DNA of 64,000 nt from a virus. The stretch covers positions 1 through 64,000 of the IMG/VR virus record IMGVR_UViG_3300045988_059940; one strand, 5' to 3'. Below the pieces are notes generated by a model, which did not search any database, was not told the DNA's origin, and saw only the letters and a list, made by a program, of their open reading frames with translations. Made by a program: the position numbers and the translations under genes. This document shows, piece after piece, positions 28,101 to 38,648 of this stretch; position 1 is the first letter of the stretch, and each line of letters opens with the position of its first letter.

Positions 28101-30066
28101 CGTATGATACACATTCATCTGGTAAATTATGTATTGTAAACTCAATACCTAATGAATTTACAGACATCTAGTTATATACCCATGAGTCTTGAATTGCACT
28201 TCCATTAGGTTTTACTCCAATCATTGGAAGAATACTTTTACAATCAAAGTGCTAAAACCCACCAACATATATACTAGGAACGCGTATATCTGCAATCCAT
28301 CTTACAGAGCTTCTATTTCCGTTTTTATCATATAATACTATACCATATCTGTATAACTCATCTCTCCGTAATGATTTGAAAGACATTGCTATTTTTGGAT
28401 TACTATAATCAAAAACATAGTTCGCATGCTCGCCATCCTTATAGTCAGTCCAGTCTGTTTGTTTTATAGTTGAAAGCTCATAACTATAATTGATTGGTAT
28501 ATATATTTCTTTATTGGTTATATAATAAAATTTCAACCTTTGATTAATTAAAGGCTTCCTACTATTTCTGTTTATATTATGTTCACTACCATAAAATTTA
28601 TATTTATCATCCAATGTTGTAGGCAGACTGTCACCATCCAAAGGAACGGTTACAAATTTCCATGATATATTTATACCACTTCCTCCATAAAATCTATATT
28701 TCTTTTCCCCTTCTGTTTTTGTATATCTATCAAAGTTTCCACTGTCTTCATCCTGCTATTCACCTATGTTTCCTCCATATATTTTATATATGCTGTTAAT
28801 ATTATTACCTTTGTTTATACAATATTTATATGGTAGGTTTTTAGCATCATCTTGTAGTGTATTTTCGTGTATTACATGTACATCACCATTGTTGTCATAC
28901 ATTCTGCACAAACCTTTGTTGTTAAACTAATATGCTCTCGCATCATAGTTTTCAAAAGAATCAATTGAAAACTGTTTCTCTTTCAGGTTTGCAGCAAATA
29001 GTATATTATTTTTAGATTTTATCGACTTCGGTATAATATGTACACCAGATATGTTGTTATATAAACCTATATCTAATTTTTCTAGCGCGTTAAGTCCATC
29101 ATCAATTATAGTAAAAGTTGAACCATTTAGTCTACTGTCTATGATTAATTCTACATGTGGAGTTTCTGTGTTTGTAAAATATGATATTCTATATATCTTT
29201 ATACTATCAAAATAATCTGTATTATCAACATTTAGTAACATCTATATACCACAATTTGTATTTTTATTCTCGCCAGCACCTTCGTATATAGTATACTGGT
29301 TGTTTAATGGATGTTCATTATAGTCGTTTGTTTCTGTTGTGGTCTATAAATTTACAACATCTAACTTTTTAGTTGGTGGTGAAATTAAACTCTCTCTTCC
29401 ATATTTTTTATACAGCTAATAGCTATATTGTACAGTAGATGCTCTCAATGAACCAGGTATGAATTTATCAAATATTATCTTATTAAATGTAACAGACGGT
29501 ATTGTAAATAAACTATTAATGTTTGTACCATTGTATTGCATTACATTTATAGACATTATTGGATTTTCTCCATCTGCTATGTATAGTTTTTGTACATTTT
29601 CGTCTTCATACCTAGTTTCTATGCTTAACTTATGATTTGGTACATATCCTTCACATGGGCCTAAAACCAACCTATACACAATATCGCCATCTCTATCAAA
29701 TTCAATCCTAGCTATATAAAAATATGTATGACCAGCTTTAACATCAACGTTTGGCAATGGTTTGCCAAACTCGTGTTGTGAATTTTTTACATATACATCT
29801 TGCTAATTTTCATGATATTTTTTTGAAAATAAAACAACTATTGTATCTCTTATATTTACAGTTGCTAATATTTTGTCTCCAAATTCAGCTTGTTCAATCA
29901 GCTCTTCTATTGGATGCAATTCACCGCTATTATTCTTTGTTGACGTTATATACCTTAGATTTAAAGCATGCCTATATTGATTATTACTCAACATAGAGTC
30001 TGCTGTATCAGTATTCATTCCACCAGTGAATGAATTTATATGCTATGTCTTTTGATTAATATCCAT
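25147..30066 (-). CDS. Large tail/virion structural protein, ~1,639 aa
   Basis: The 11 track fragments 25411..30018 are co-framed. All gaps read: 17-18 TAG (cluster at 27787, 27811, 27817, 27844), no TAA/TGA. True stop TAA 25147-25149. The start is either ATG 30064-30066 (MDINQKT[TAG]HINSFTGGMNTD, overlapping the upstream gene by 11 nt) or ATG 30016-30018. Confidence 0.65.
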
Positions 30067-30940
30067 TGTAATAATCGTTATAGGTTATTTGTCTATTATT
30101 GGCAAAATCAAAGAATGTATCATCTGCATCCCAGTCTGGTATTAGTTTATTCCAGTCATTTTTAATATTTTGCATATCGTCAGCTGTCGGCATCATTGCC
30201 TCTGCATAAGCCTGATTTCTATAAAAATTCCACTGTTGTTGTAGATAGAAATATATTGTTTGATTAGCGCTCTTCAATTTACCACCAAGTTTTCCTTTTA
30301 AAAACTTAGCGAAATTTAATTTCATTGTGACATACCAGTAGATAGCTTCTTTATATGATTCTAAATCTGGTATCATTGGGTATCCTCTTTCGTCTTTTAG
30401 TATAGCTTTATATGCCAGCTTAGCATACCCATTCTTTTTATTAAATACAATCCAACCTGGTTTAATAAAATATTCAGGTTTTTCTTCTACAACTGTTGTA
30501 CCTTGTGTAGATAAGAATATCTTATTGTGATTTACAACCATTTGGTGTTGTGTGGTTGGAAATTTGTATAGACTATACTCTTCTTCTTTAACTTGTTGTG
30601 GTTGTACACCATATGTATTGTGGTTATTCCCACCTTTATTAAATATACCAGATTGTGTTGAAGCTGGTGTCCAAGGTCCATTTTGTGATAGTGAGTATGC
30701 TATACCATCTAAGTGAACAAGCCCTTCTGGAATAGGAATCTAGTAGTCTTGTATTTTAAATACTGGCACATCATTTTGGCCAGATTGTAACTTGATATAC
30801 TACATAGGTGCACCAATCTTTTCAATGGCTTCAAATATCCACTCCTTTATGTCGGATGTTCTCTGCTTCGATTCAGAAGCATCTAAATCAGCCATTATCT
30901 TTGCTATGACTGATTCACATTTTGTAAAATTGTATATCAT
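30056..30940 (-). CDS. Hypothetical structural protein, 294 aa
   Basis: ATG at 30938-30940 after an in-frame TAA at 30947-30949; TAA stop at 30056-30058. Two in-frame TAG (30800, 30740). Translated by hand across 30542-30940 with no TAA/TGA. Confidence 0.6.
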
Positions 30941-31325
30941 CTATATTTATATAATCTTTTCTATTAAATATCAATTGTGCAAGATGTCGTTTATTTGTCC
31001 TAGTTAATGATAATTGATATTTATATCTATTTGAAAATGTATATGGCTATTTAGACCAGTATAATCTATATTTATAGCCGTCTGAATGTTCGTTCAAATG
31101 ATATATTATCTTATCGTACTCTCTTGTATTTTTATAATCAATAGAGAGTGACTTCCTGCTTAATGTTTTTGGTTTGTATTTGACTATCTGTATAAATCCT
31201 AGTCCATTAGGCATTTTAAAGCCCTCTGAGCGATTTAAAACGTGTTCTAGTATAATCCTGCACATTGATTCTAATATGCGCTTATACGCAAAATACGACA
31301 CCTAAATAGGCATCGTATTGTACAT
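30915..31325 (-). CDS. Hypothetical small protein, ~136 aa
   Basis: The frame of track ORF 31047..31301 continues through TAG 31302 and TAG 31047 to TGA 30915-30917, overlapping the next gene by 26 nt. Start taken as ATG 31323-31325 (alternative ATG 31311-31313). Confidence 0.45.
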
Positions 31326-31347
31326 ATCTCTAAAAGTATAAGATAAC

Positions 31348-32052
31348 TTATTCCTCATCGTCTTGTGGTCCATGTGGTTTAACGCTAGCAAGAGTTGAGT
31401 TATTACTATCATCACTCGGACGTTGTAACATAAATGCTAATTCATTCTTCATAATAGCGTCTTTAATCAATGGAACAATCCAAGCTGGTATGTGTATGTC
31501 ATCCTCACTTGATTTATCATCCCAATCGTCTTCTGTTTCATATAAAGCTTTAACCCAAATATATTTTAACTTCTGACAATCTTGATTTCCACGAATATAT
31601 ATACGATTATCATCATACGATGCTGTTAATTCATTCCACGTGTATTTCCTAAAATTATGGTAATGTCTACGTACATGATTCATGTATTGAATATTTTCCC
31701 CATTTTGGTCATGAACTGCTAATATACTATCTTCATCATCATTGTATATATCTTTAAGTTTGGTAACAGTTCTTCGTACATAAGTCTTATTATCGTCATA
31801 TGATGGTACTGGCTCTAATTCCAATGGTCCAGTTTCACGAATATATATATCATCAACAGCATCTTCTATATCTACACCATCTCCTGCTTCACGCTTTTGT
31901 TGGTCAATACGTTGTTTAATGAAGTGTTGTTTCCAAGCTTTTATCCAAAGAATAACCTACTTTCTAGATAAGTCTTCACTCTCACTGATGTTGTTATTTC
32001 TAATAATCAGATATATATCATCTACAAACTACCTAAGTGTAATGTTTGCCAT
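31348..32052 (-). CDS. Hypothetical structural protein, 234 aa, acidic C-terminus
   Basis: ATG at 32050-32052, TAA at 31348-31350, in-frame TAG at 32029 and 31957. The gap 31825-32052 has no TAA/TGA in frame. Confidence 0.6.
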
Positions 32053-32053
32053 A

Positions 32054-32722
32054 TTATTTCTAATTTGTTTCTACTACTCTTACATCTGATGTTTTAAGTA
32101 GTTCGTTTGTATTTATAATATCATACTTATAAACAGTTACTTTTTTAAAGTCTAATGTAAATAACCGTTTAAAGAATGACTTTTTATTCTTATATTGTTT
32201 CTTTTTATAGATATACAAATATTGAGTATTATTTACTTTCAATCTTATATTTACTGTATCTTTACCTATTGTATATTCTACTGTTGTAAGGTCGTTATAG
32301 TTTATAGTATCTTTATATACACTATCTTTAATAATAGTTTTTACTATATCCTACCCCCTTACCCCCTTAGACTTATTAACGTATATTTCCTATGTCTAAG
32401 TTGCAGCAGTATTTATGTGACTAGGTTTTATCTTATTTTTTCTGGCTACACTATCTAGTTTGTGTAATAGCGAATCGTTCTAGTCCTTCAATCTTGTCAT
32501 ATCTAATTTTAGAACATTGTTAGCCTACTAGGAGCCATTAATTATCCCCTAGTAAGCCTCAATGTTGTTTTGAGCCATTTCTAGCCCTTCTGAGAGCTTT
32601 TTATTCTATTTGTATAGAAATATACTACTAGCGACAGATAATGCCACCAGCGCAATTAAAATGGCCTTAGAGATGATTTTACGATTTCGCTTTATCCAGC
32701 TTATTATCGTTAGAATCTCCAT
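32054..32722 (-). CDS. Spanin-like (Rz/i-spanin-type topology) protein, 222 aa
   Basis: ATG at 32720-32722 after TAA 32729-32731; stop TAA 32054-32056. Nine in-frame TAG, including the adjacent pair 32525-32530. N-terminal hydrophobic helix (KAILIALVALSVASSIFLY) followed by a charged helical region. It lies directly downstream of the holin-like and hydrolase-like genes. Function is inferred from topology and position only. Confidence 0.4.
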
Positions 32723-32945
32723 GTGCACTTAAAAGACTTTTTATTTCTCCAAATTTAGTATTAATATATGTAGTAATACCAAATACGCTGCCTGCATACA
32801 CCAGTGTCTACGACACATACCACAATACTTCGCTTGGTATCTTGTGTTCATTTAAGAAGAACGACAAGAACGTAAGCGCTATACCACTAAATAATGATAC
32901 AGACGCTGTGCTATACTGTACCACTTCTTTACTATGTCTTGTCAT
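32679..32945 (-). CDS. Holin-like small membrane protein, 88 aa
   Basis: Not in the ORF track because it is split by a TAG. ATG at 32943-32945, one nt after the upstream TGA; TAA at 32679-32681; one TAG (32808). Two hydrophobic segments (ASVSLFSGIALTFLSFFL; VLWYVS[TAG]TLVYAGSVFGITTYI) and a charged C-terminal tail. It overlaps the start of the spanin-like gene. Confidence 0.45.
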
Positions 32946-32946
32946 A

Positions 32947-33372
32947 TCATTCTATTGTTAATGTTACGTTACCTTCTTTACAAGCTTTTTCTATAATTGG
33001 ATATAGCTTGTCTACGGTAGCACGAGAGTTTAATACTTTACCAACTGCTTTATTTTCACCTACTAAAATACAACCGTGACTTTGCTCTGCTGAGTTGCCA
33101 GCATGTATCAATACACCAGAAAATGAATTTACGTTCAACAACCTAGGTGTAAATCTCTTAAATCTAGGTGAGAAGCTCCAAGTTACTTCATATGTACCGT
33201 ATGGTATAGCAGTTTCTCCATATATCTTTTGCTCTCCATTATCAAATACGCCATTCTTATTTAAGTCACGAACAGCATCTTCTAGTGTATCACAAAAGTA
33301 TACTCCATCTATATATAGCTTACCGATAGTATATTTATCGCGTAAAGCCGTTCTTTTAATCGTTATTTTCAT
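32947..33372 (-). CDS. DUF5675-like protein; candidate cell-wall hydrolase of the lysis cassette
   Basis: Intact 141-aa ORF. ATG 33370-33372 overlaps the upstream TGA (ATGA); TGA stop at 32947-32949; no TAG. The pattern YGTYEV..S..F....P.L..V..F.GVLIHAGN.....HGCILVG matches my recollection of DUF5675. The lytic role is inferred from the neighbouring genes only. Confidence 0.45.
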   Translation of the reverse strand: MKITIKRTALRDKYTIGKLYIDGVYFCDTLEDAVRDLNKNGVFDNGEQKIYGETAIPYGTYEVTWSFSPRFKRFTPRLLNVNSFSGVLIHAGNSAEQSHGCILVGENKAVGKVLNSRATVDKLYPIIEKACKEGNVTLTIE

Positions 33373-34502
33373 ACGCTTGCCTCTATAACTATATCTTTTG
33401 TAATATTAGGTATTGTAAACCAAACATATTGGTTGTTCATTCCACCCCAATGTAGAGTCAACCTTGATGTTATATCTACGCCTTCTTCATATACATTAAG
33501 ATTAAACCGTTCTTCTGAACCAGATTCTACTGGACGAACAGTAAATTCTCCCGATGTACCATATTTAACAGAAGAAGGGCCGTCCATCTCAAACTTATCT
33601 TTCGTATTCAGTATTATATTACGCCTACGTTTCAGTTGTACGGTGTTTGTGATGTCCACCAGGTTTACTTGTATTATAACACGAAATGTGGTATCCTAAC
33701 TTGTGTCATTTATTCTAATACACATATTTGTTTCATCGTATTCTACACCAAGCGTGTCTACTGATATTTTTATTCCATCTTGTCCGTTGTATAATTTTAC
33801 AGAACCATCTGAGTAATGTAGTTTGATTACAAACTTTTTACCAGATAAATCTTTATCTCCAAATTGAATTACATCTGTCATGTCAAACATGAAATCACCT
33901 AATTCTACTTGTTCTAATATTGGCTCTTCTTTATCTAAATCAATATTACCATCTACATAAGAAGGACCTTCTATAAGCTCTAATGCTTCATTCTTACGTA
34001 TAGTATATGTACGTAGATTATCTTCTCCCCATCCTCGCTGATACAATGTAACCATAATGATTAAATCAAATACACCAGTAAACCTTTGGTCTTCTGCTGG
34101 AAAATAACATTCAGCCATATTCTTTTCTGGAAGAAGTCTTGACGCACAGAGATAATCTGTATGTGTGTTTACAAATCTTTTAGAATATACACCAAAGCCA
34201 TTGTATGATGGGAACATGTGATAATCTGATACTTTGCCAAACATTGCGTTGCTTGAAAAGTAAGGATTATAGTATGTAAATATCTGATTGCCATAGATAT
34301 TCGGACTCATAGTATATTCTGTTGGATGATAAAACTGAGGAAAATTACAGTTATGAACTTTTTCTGTAAAGTCTTTATCTTCGTGTTTGATAAGATAACA
34401 CCTCATCTACTTAACAGACGTTACATCAAACTTATTTAATTCCCCAAGTTTAAATCTAAAACGTACATCTGTACCTTTTGTTATTATTCTATCTTCACTC
34501 AT
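33369..34502 (-). CDS. Hypothetical structural protein, 377 aa
   Basis: Track ORFs 33696..34406 and 33369..33659 are co-framed and joined through TAG 33696. The frame also continues upstream through TAG 34407 to ATG 34500-34502 (in-frame TAA at 34509-34511). Stop TGA 33369-33371. Confidence 0.55.
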
Positions 34503-34514
34503 AATATTTTATTT

Positions 34515-34556
34515 AAAACAAAAATAGCTGGAACGGGAATTAACCCATCCCAGCTA
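34515..34556 (-). terminator. Rho-independent terminator-like hairpin after the 344-aa structural gene
   Basis: Minus-strand RNA reads AGCUGGGA-UGGGUUAAUUCCCG-UUCCAGCU. This is an 8-bp stem including one G.U (arms at 34526-34533 and 34548-34555), followed by AUUUUUGUUUU. Confidence 0.6.
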
Positions 34557-34565
34557 TAAGGGAAA

Positions 34566-35600
34566 TTAAACAAGCTTATTTAATTCAGTCTCAACTAAAC
34601 CAAGTTGACCCTTCAAACCATAAATTTCAAGACACTGGCTCGTCTTACGAACGATGTCGTCAGCAGCACGATAGCTGTTTTCAAACTCTAACGTAAGAGA
34701 ATCGTACTTAGCGCCTTTCTGTACCTCCATGTCAGGACGTATAATAGGCCAAGTACCTTCACCACGGTTTAGGATACCCTCATAACCTTGTGCCCAATAT
34801 TCACGGTCACGTACGTGCTTCCAGTTACATTCACCGTCATGACCTTCTGTCTTCTTAATTACAACACCGTCGATGAAGTATTTGTTCTTTGAAGCAAAAC
34901 CAGATGCTGATGGGTCTGTAAAGTATACATTAGCAACAAAGCGAACCTTGTTTGCAGGACTGATTGACATTACGTTGTCGTCATCATCATAAGGAAGCGC
35001 TTCAATCTTCAATGTCGTTTTGTCAGTAGCTCCATCAACAATAGCAGAAGCAATTACACGTGCACGCTTGTATTGTTTGTTGATAAGATTAGCAAGCTTC
35101 TCTGGCAAGTTCTTTTCATTATCACCATCTTTGGTTACATACTCATAAGACTCAGTCCATTTGCGGAAACGATGAGGCATGTCCTTAAACGTCAAGCGTA
35201 CTATAATACGCTTACCAGCCATACCAAGCTTCGTCTTCATTTGCGTAGACATATTCTTGAATTTAATTTCAACAGTATCTTCTGTTTCGTCTTTATATTC
35301 CTTTTTATGTAAACCGCGAACGTCAGCTTTCTTAATCTCGTTAGACCACTTGATAACTGGTTCATAAGTCGTAGCACCAGTGCTATAATCAACCTTTGGT
35401 TGACGCTTATTTTGAATAAGACCAACCTTTACTACATTACCAGTAATTGTTGCACCGACAGTGCCGTCTTCACAGTTCATGAAGATAAACTTACCTGCGT
35501 CAGCAACAGCAGTGTTTGTAGCAGTATCAGCAGGTTTTGCAGCAGCAATAGCGCCAGTGGCGAGATTGCTAATCATTACATTATTTACGTATGTATTCAT
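34566..35600 (-). CDS. Abundant virion structural protein candidate, 344 aa
   Basis: Intact ATG..TAA ORF with no in-frame TAG. It is visibly GC-richer than its neighbours and is followed by a strong hairpin terminator. No family recognised. Confidence 0.7.
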   Translation of the reverse strand: MNTYVNNVMISNLATGAIAAAKPADTATNTAVADAGKFIFMNCEDGTVGATITGNVVKVGLIQNKRQPKVDYSTGATTYEPVIKWSNEIKKADVRGLHKKEYKDETEDTVEIKFKNMSTQMKTKLGMAGKRIIVRLTFKDMPHRFRKWTESYEYVTKDGDNEKNLPEKLANLINKQYKRARVIASAIVDGATDKTTLKIEALPYDDDDNVMSISPANKVRFVANVYFTDPSASGFASKNKYFIDGVVIKKTEGHDGECNWKHVRDREYWAQGYEGILNRGEGTWPIIRPDMEVQKGAKYDSLTLEFENSYRAADDIVRKTSQCLEIYGLKGQLGLVETELNKLV

Positions 35601-35671
35601 ATTTATTAATTTTTTCTACTCACCCTAATTTCAAAGGCTCAACCTAATGAGCTGGGCTTTCCACGTTAAAA

Positions 35672-36373
35672 TTATTCTTGTGTCATAACTTCCTACGATA
35701 GAGTCTTATACCGCTCATCTTTGGTATTTTCTAAATACATTTGAGCTGCCATTTTGATAATCTCATACATAGTATTGTTATCAAAATCATAATATTCGTC
35801 ATCCATTCTTAGGAAATTTATTTCTTCTGGCTTTTTTAAGTATCCCAGAATATACTTTTTAATTTTATATTTCTTATCTGTTAACAAATAACAACCATTG
35901 TCAGTTCTCACACGTAACGGTCTAGCATAGCCGTACGAATAATGAAAATCTGTTAAGCTGTTATCTACACGATACATAAAGCTGTCTGATGTACATTCAA
36001 ATACACTAACTTGTCTTGGGTTTGAATTTTGCATATCACATATATCCACATCTTCATTTAGTGCATATAGGAAATCACCATTATACCTAACAGAATATTC
36101 ATTATATTGTGGATTAGATGTATTAATTGATGGTGAACCTATTGTAAAGTCCACCTCTTGTGTACGACATAGCTTTATTAAATCGTTTCTACGCTTCTCA
36201 TTTTGTTCATATGATGTTTTGTGTGTAAAATCACCATTGAAGCGTATCTTAATAAACTTATTTACTGCCTAGTTTAACCAATACTATGAATCATCTGTTT
36301 TTGGTTTATTGGCGTAATCGTCAAGCTTATTTATTTCTAATTCAAATGCTTCAAGTATTTCTAGGTTCTTCAT
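35672..36373 (-). CDS. Hypothetical head-tail region protein, 233 aa
   Basis: ATG at 36371-36373; the frame passes TAG 36284, 36269 and 35693; true stop TAA 35672-35674. Translated by hand across 36155-36373. Confidence 0.55.
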
Positions 36374-37070
36374 CAGTATTAGTATTATTTTGTTTATTCT
36401 ATTCTTTTCTTCCAAGTCCAGATAATTTGAATTTGTAGTCTGCTATATACATCTCTACTGCTCCATTTACTATTTCATCAGAACATTGAGATGGTAATAT
36501 ACACGGTGTGTTATCTACGTCAAACCTTGGAGGTTTTGCGTAATATTCAACCGTAAATGAACCAATTTGACAGTATTGGTCATAGACTATATAACACTTA
36601 TTATCTTCACCAAAAGCGACAAGTGGATTTCTAATTATACGACCTTTGTCGCCCTACCCTGGTATATACTTATATAAATCTCTGAAAAATACATGTATAC
36701 ACCTAGCTGTATTAAATGGAAGAACGCGCTTTTTATAATCTCTACTCATTTGGCAATAACTATCTATATATAGGTAGAAATCATTTATTGAGTCTGTATT
36801 TGATATATAAGCGCCATTTTGATATAATTGTGGAGTTATAGACTTCCTAAGCGTTTGAATAACACTAGCAATCTTAACTCCTTGTGGGGTTTGAGAATCT
36901 ATTTTTTCTTGTAATACAAACATAGATTGTATATACTTATTCTAAAACTCATTTAAGAATGAATATATAGTATCTGTATCTAATTTGCTTGCTATTTGAA
37001 AATCAGGCCATATTTCAATTAGGCGGCGCTCAAACTCAATCCCCAAATTTCGTGTTTCTTGTTGTGTCAT
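36351..37070 (-). CDS. Hypothetical head-tail region protein, 239 aa
   Basis: ATG 37068-37070 overlaps the upstream TGA (ATGA at 37067-37070). TAG at 36942, 36654 and 36399. Stop TGA 36351-36353, overlapping the next gene by 23 nt. Confidence 0.55.
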
Positions 37071-37771
37071 GCCTCTAATTGTTTAGTTTGTAATATACTG
37101 GTTAATCGCGGAGATTCTGTATTTTCTGTTGCGAATACAACAGCTAGATTTATCAATTCATTTGCCATTGTGTCAGATAGTTCAAATTGAGTATTATCGA
37201 ACCTAAATGTATCAATATCATTTCCTACAATTCCACGAGTAAACTGATTTGGTTTCTTTATATATTGATAATATAATCTACTACCAGCTGGTACACCAAA
37301 GTCTTCTGCATACTTATAATCAATAAATACATGAAATTGTGTATCCATATAACCCACTGGTTCTTTTAACCAAGGCTTATTTATACTAGTCTACATTGAC
37401 TTTTGAGCAGCAGCATGTGAAACCAATTGTATGTTTTGCATTTCATCTATACCAAAATATGAACTTATATAATATAACATATCGTTTGGTAAATCTGCTA
37501 TAAGTTCGTTTTTAATTGGTAATACAGTTTTCCTACCTAATGTAGTAGTCCACTCTTTAATCAGCGGCCTTAAATCTTCTATAACCTTTATATCACCTTC
37601 AAATGCTACCTTCCTTGTGTTGTTTCCTGTAAATTTTTGAGCTATTAGAGCTAGGTACGCTTTGTCGAGTAATACAGCGGCTTCATATTCTGTTAACGAC
37701 GGATATGACGAAGTAACATCTGCCTTGTCATATTCTATCATAAACTTAGTATAAATATCACTATGTGTCAT
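37067..37771 (-). CDS. Hypothetical head-tail region protein, 234 aa
   Basis: Track ORFs 37391..37771 and 37067..37357 are co-framed and joined through the single TAG 37391. ATG at 37769-37771; TGA at 37067-37069. Confidence 0.6.
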
Positions 37772-37786
37772 ACGTCGTATATATTA

Positions 37787-38539
37787 TTATTTATTCTTAG
37801 TTTCGTTTATAATCGAAAGTCTAAGGTCTTGATTCTTCTTATTGTCAAGATAAGCAATTGCTTCTGGAAGTGAGTCTGCAATCATGTCAGTGCCATAGAA
37901 ATATGATGTACGTTCTTTACGAATAACACCTTTTGCCACAGCTTCTTCTAAGATAAACTCAGTTTCCTTTGATTTGTTATTAATCCATTTTTCGAAGAAC
38001 TTCTTTGGTTGTTTATCAATAAGCTGGAATAAAGAAGATTCTACAAGCTCATTTGACATTTGTTCAGAGTTAACGCCAAATAGGCGCAAGCACTGACGCA
38101 TTTGGTCTAATGACAACTTGTCAAATTCTTTAATAGCATCTCTACGTAACTTATTAGCTTTATTTAGTTCGATAGCCTCAGCTTCACGGTTAATGAGCAA
38201 ATAATCCTTGCCTGCATCCATCTTATCTAATGTAGTAGCTACACGTTTGTGACCAGATAAGAACTTTACAATCATTTCTTGACGAGGAACGCTTGTATCC
38301 AAAAGAAGTGTTCTTGCGCCAATTTTTACGCAGAACGTAGTCCAAAAGCTACTTGTCTTAGCAAGGTGACCTTCTGGATAACCTAGTGCTTTCTCATAAT
38401 ATTTTTCATCTTCGGGAGTAAGACCCGTATAAATTGACCCAGACCTTGTGAAGTATGGAGCAATATAATCATAACATGAGCGGTATTTAATTAAACCAGC
38501 CCACGGATTTTTCTTTTTAATTTTTAATTCAACTACCAT
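37787..38539 (-). CDS. Hypothetical virion protein, 250 aa
   Basis: Start set at ATG 38537-38539 (MVVELKIKKKNPW). The longer track ORF begins at a non-ATG codon inside the MCP terminator hairpin. TAA stop at 37787-37789. No TAG. Confidence 0.6.
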   Translation of the reverse strand: MVVELKIKKKNPWAGLIKYRSCYDYIAPYFTRSGSIYTGLTPEDEKYYEKALGYPEGHLAKTSSFWTTFCVKIGARTLLLDTSVPRQEMIVKFLSGHKRVATTLDKMDAGKDYLLINREAEAIELNKANKLRRDAIKEFDKLSLDQMRQCLRLFGVNSEQMSNELVESSLFQLIDKQPKKFFEKWINNKSKETEFILEEAVAKGVIRKERTSYFYGTDMIADSLPEAIAYLDNKKNQDLRLSIINETKNK

Positions 38540-38580
38540 AATATATTTAATCAGTGTTGTACCTATATAATGTAAAGAAG

Positions 38581-38606
38581 TTCGGGGAAGAATTATCAAC
38601 CCCGAA
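38581..38606 (-). terminator. Hairpin after the major capsid gene (terminator-like)
   Basis: Minus-strand RNA reads UUCGGGG-(12 nt)-CCCCGAA (7-bp stem), followed by CUUCUUUACAUU. It sits 43 nt after the MCP TAA. Confidence 0.45.
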
Positions 38607-38648
38607 GTTCATATTACATTAATACGTTTATATAAGTATTATTGTTTA

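Noticed and set aside
32345-32372. C-tracts ctacccccttaccccctta (G5-N4-G5 on the coding strand) as a second G-quadruplex or regulatory motif.
   Set aside because: There are only two long G runs, and the tract lies inside the coding sequence of the spanin-like gene (encoding ...GVRG...). This is insufficient for a four-run G4 and has no supporting context.
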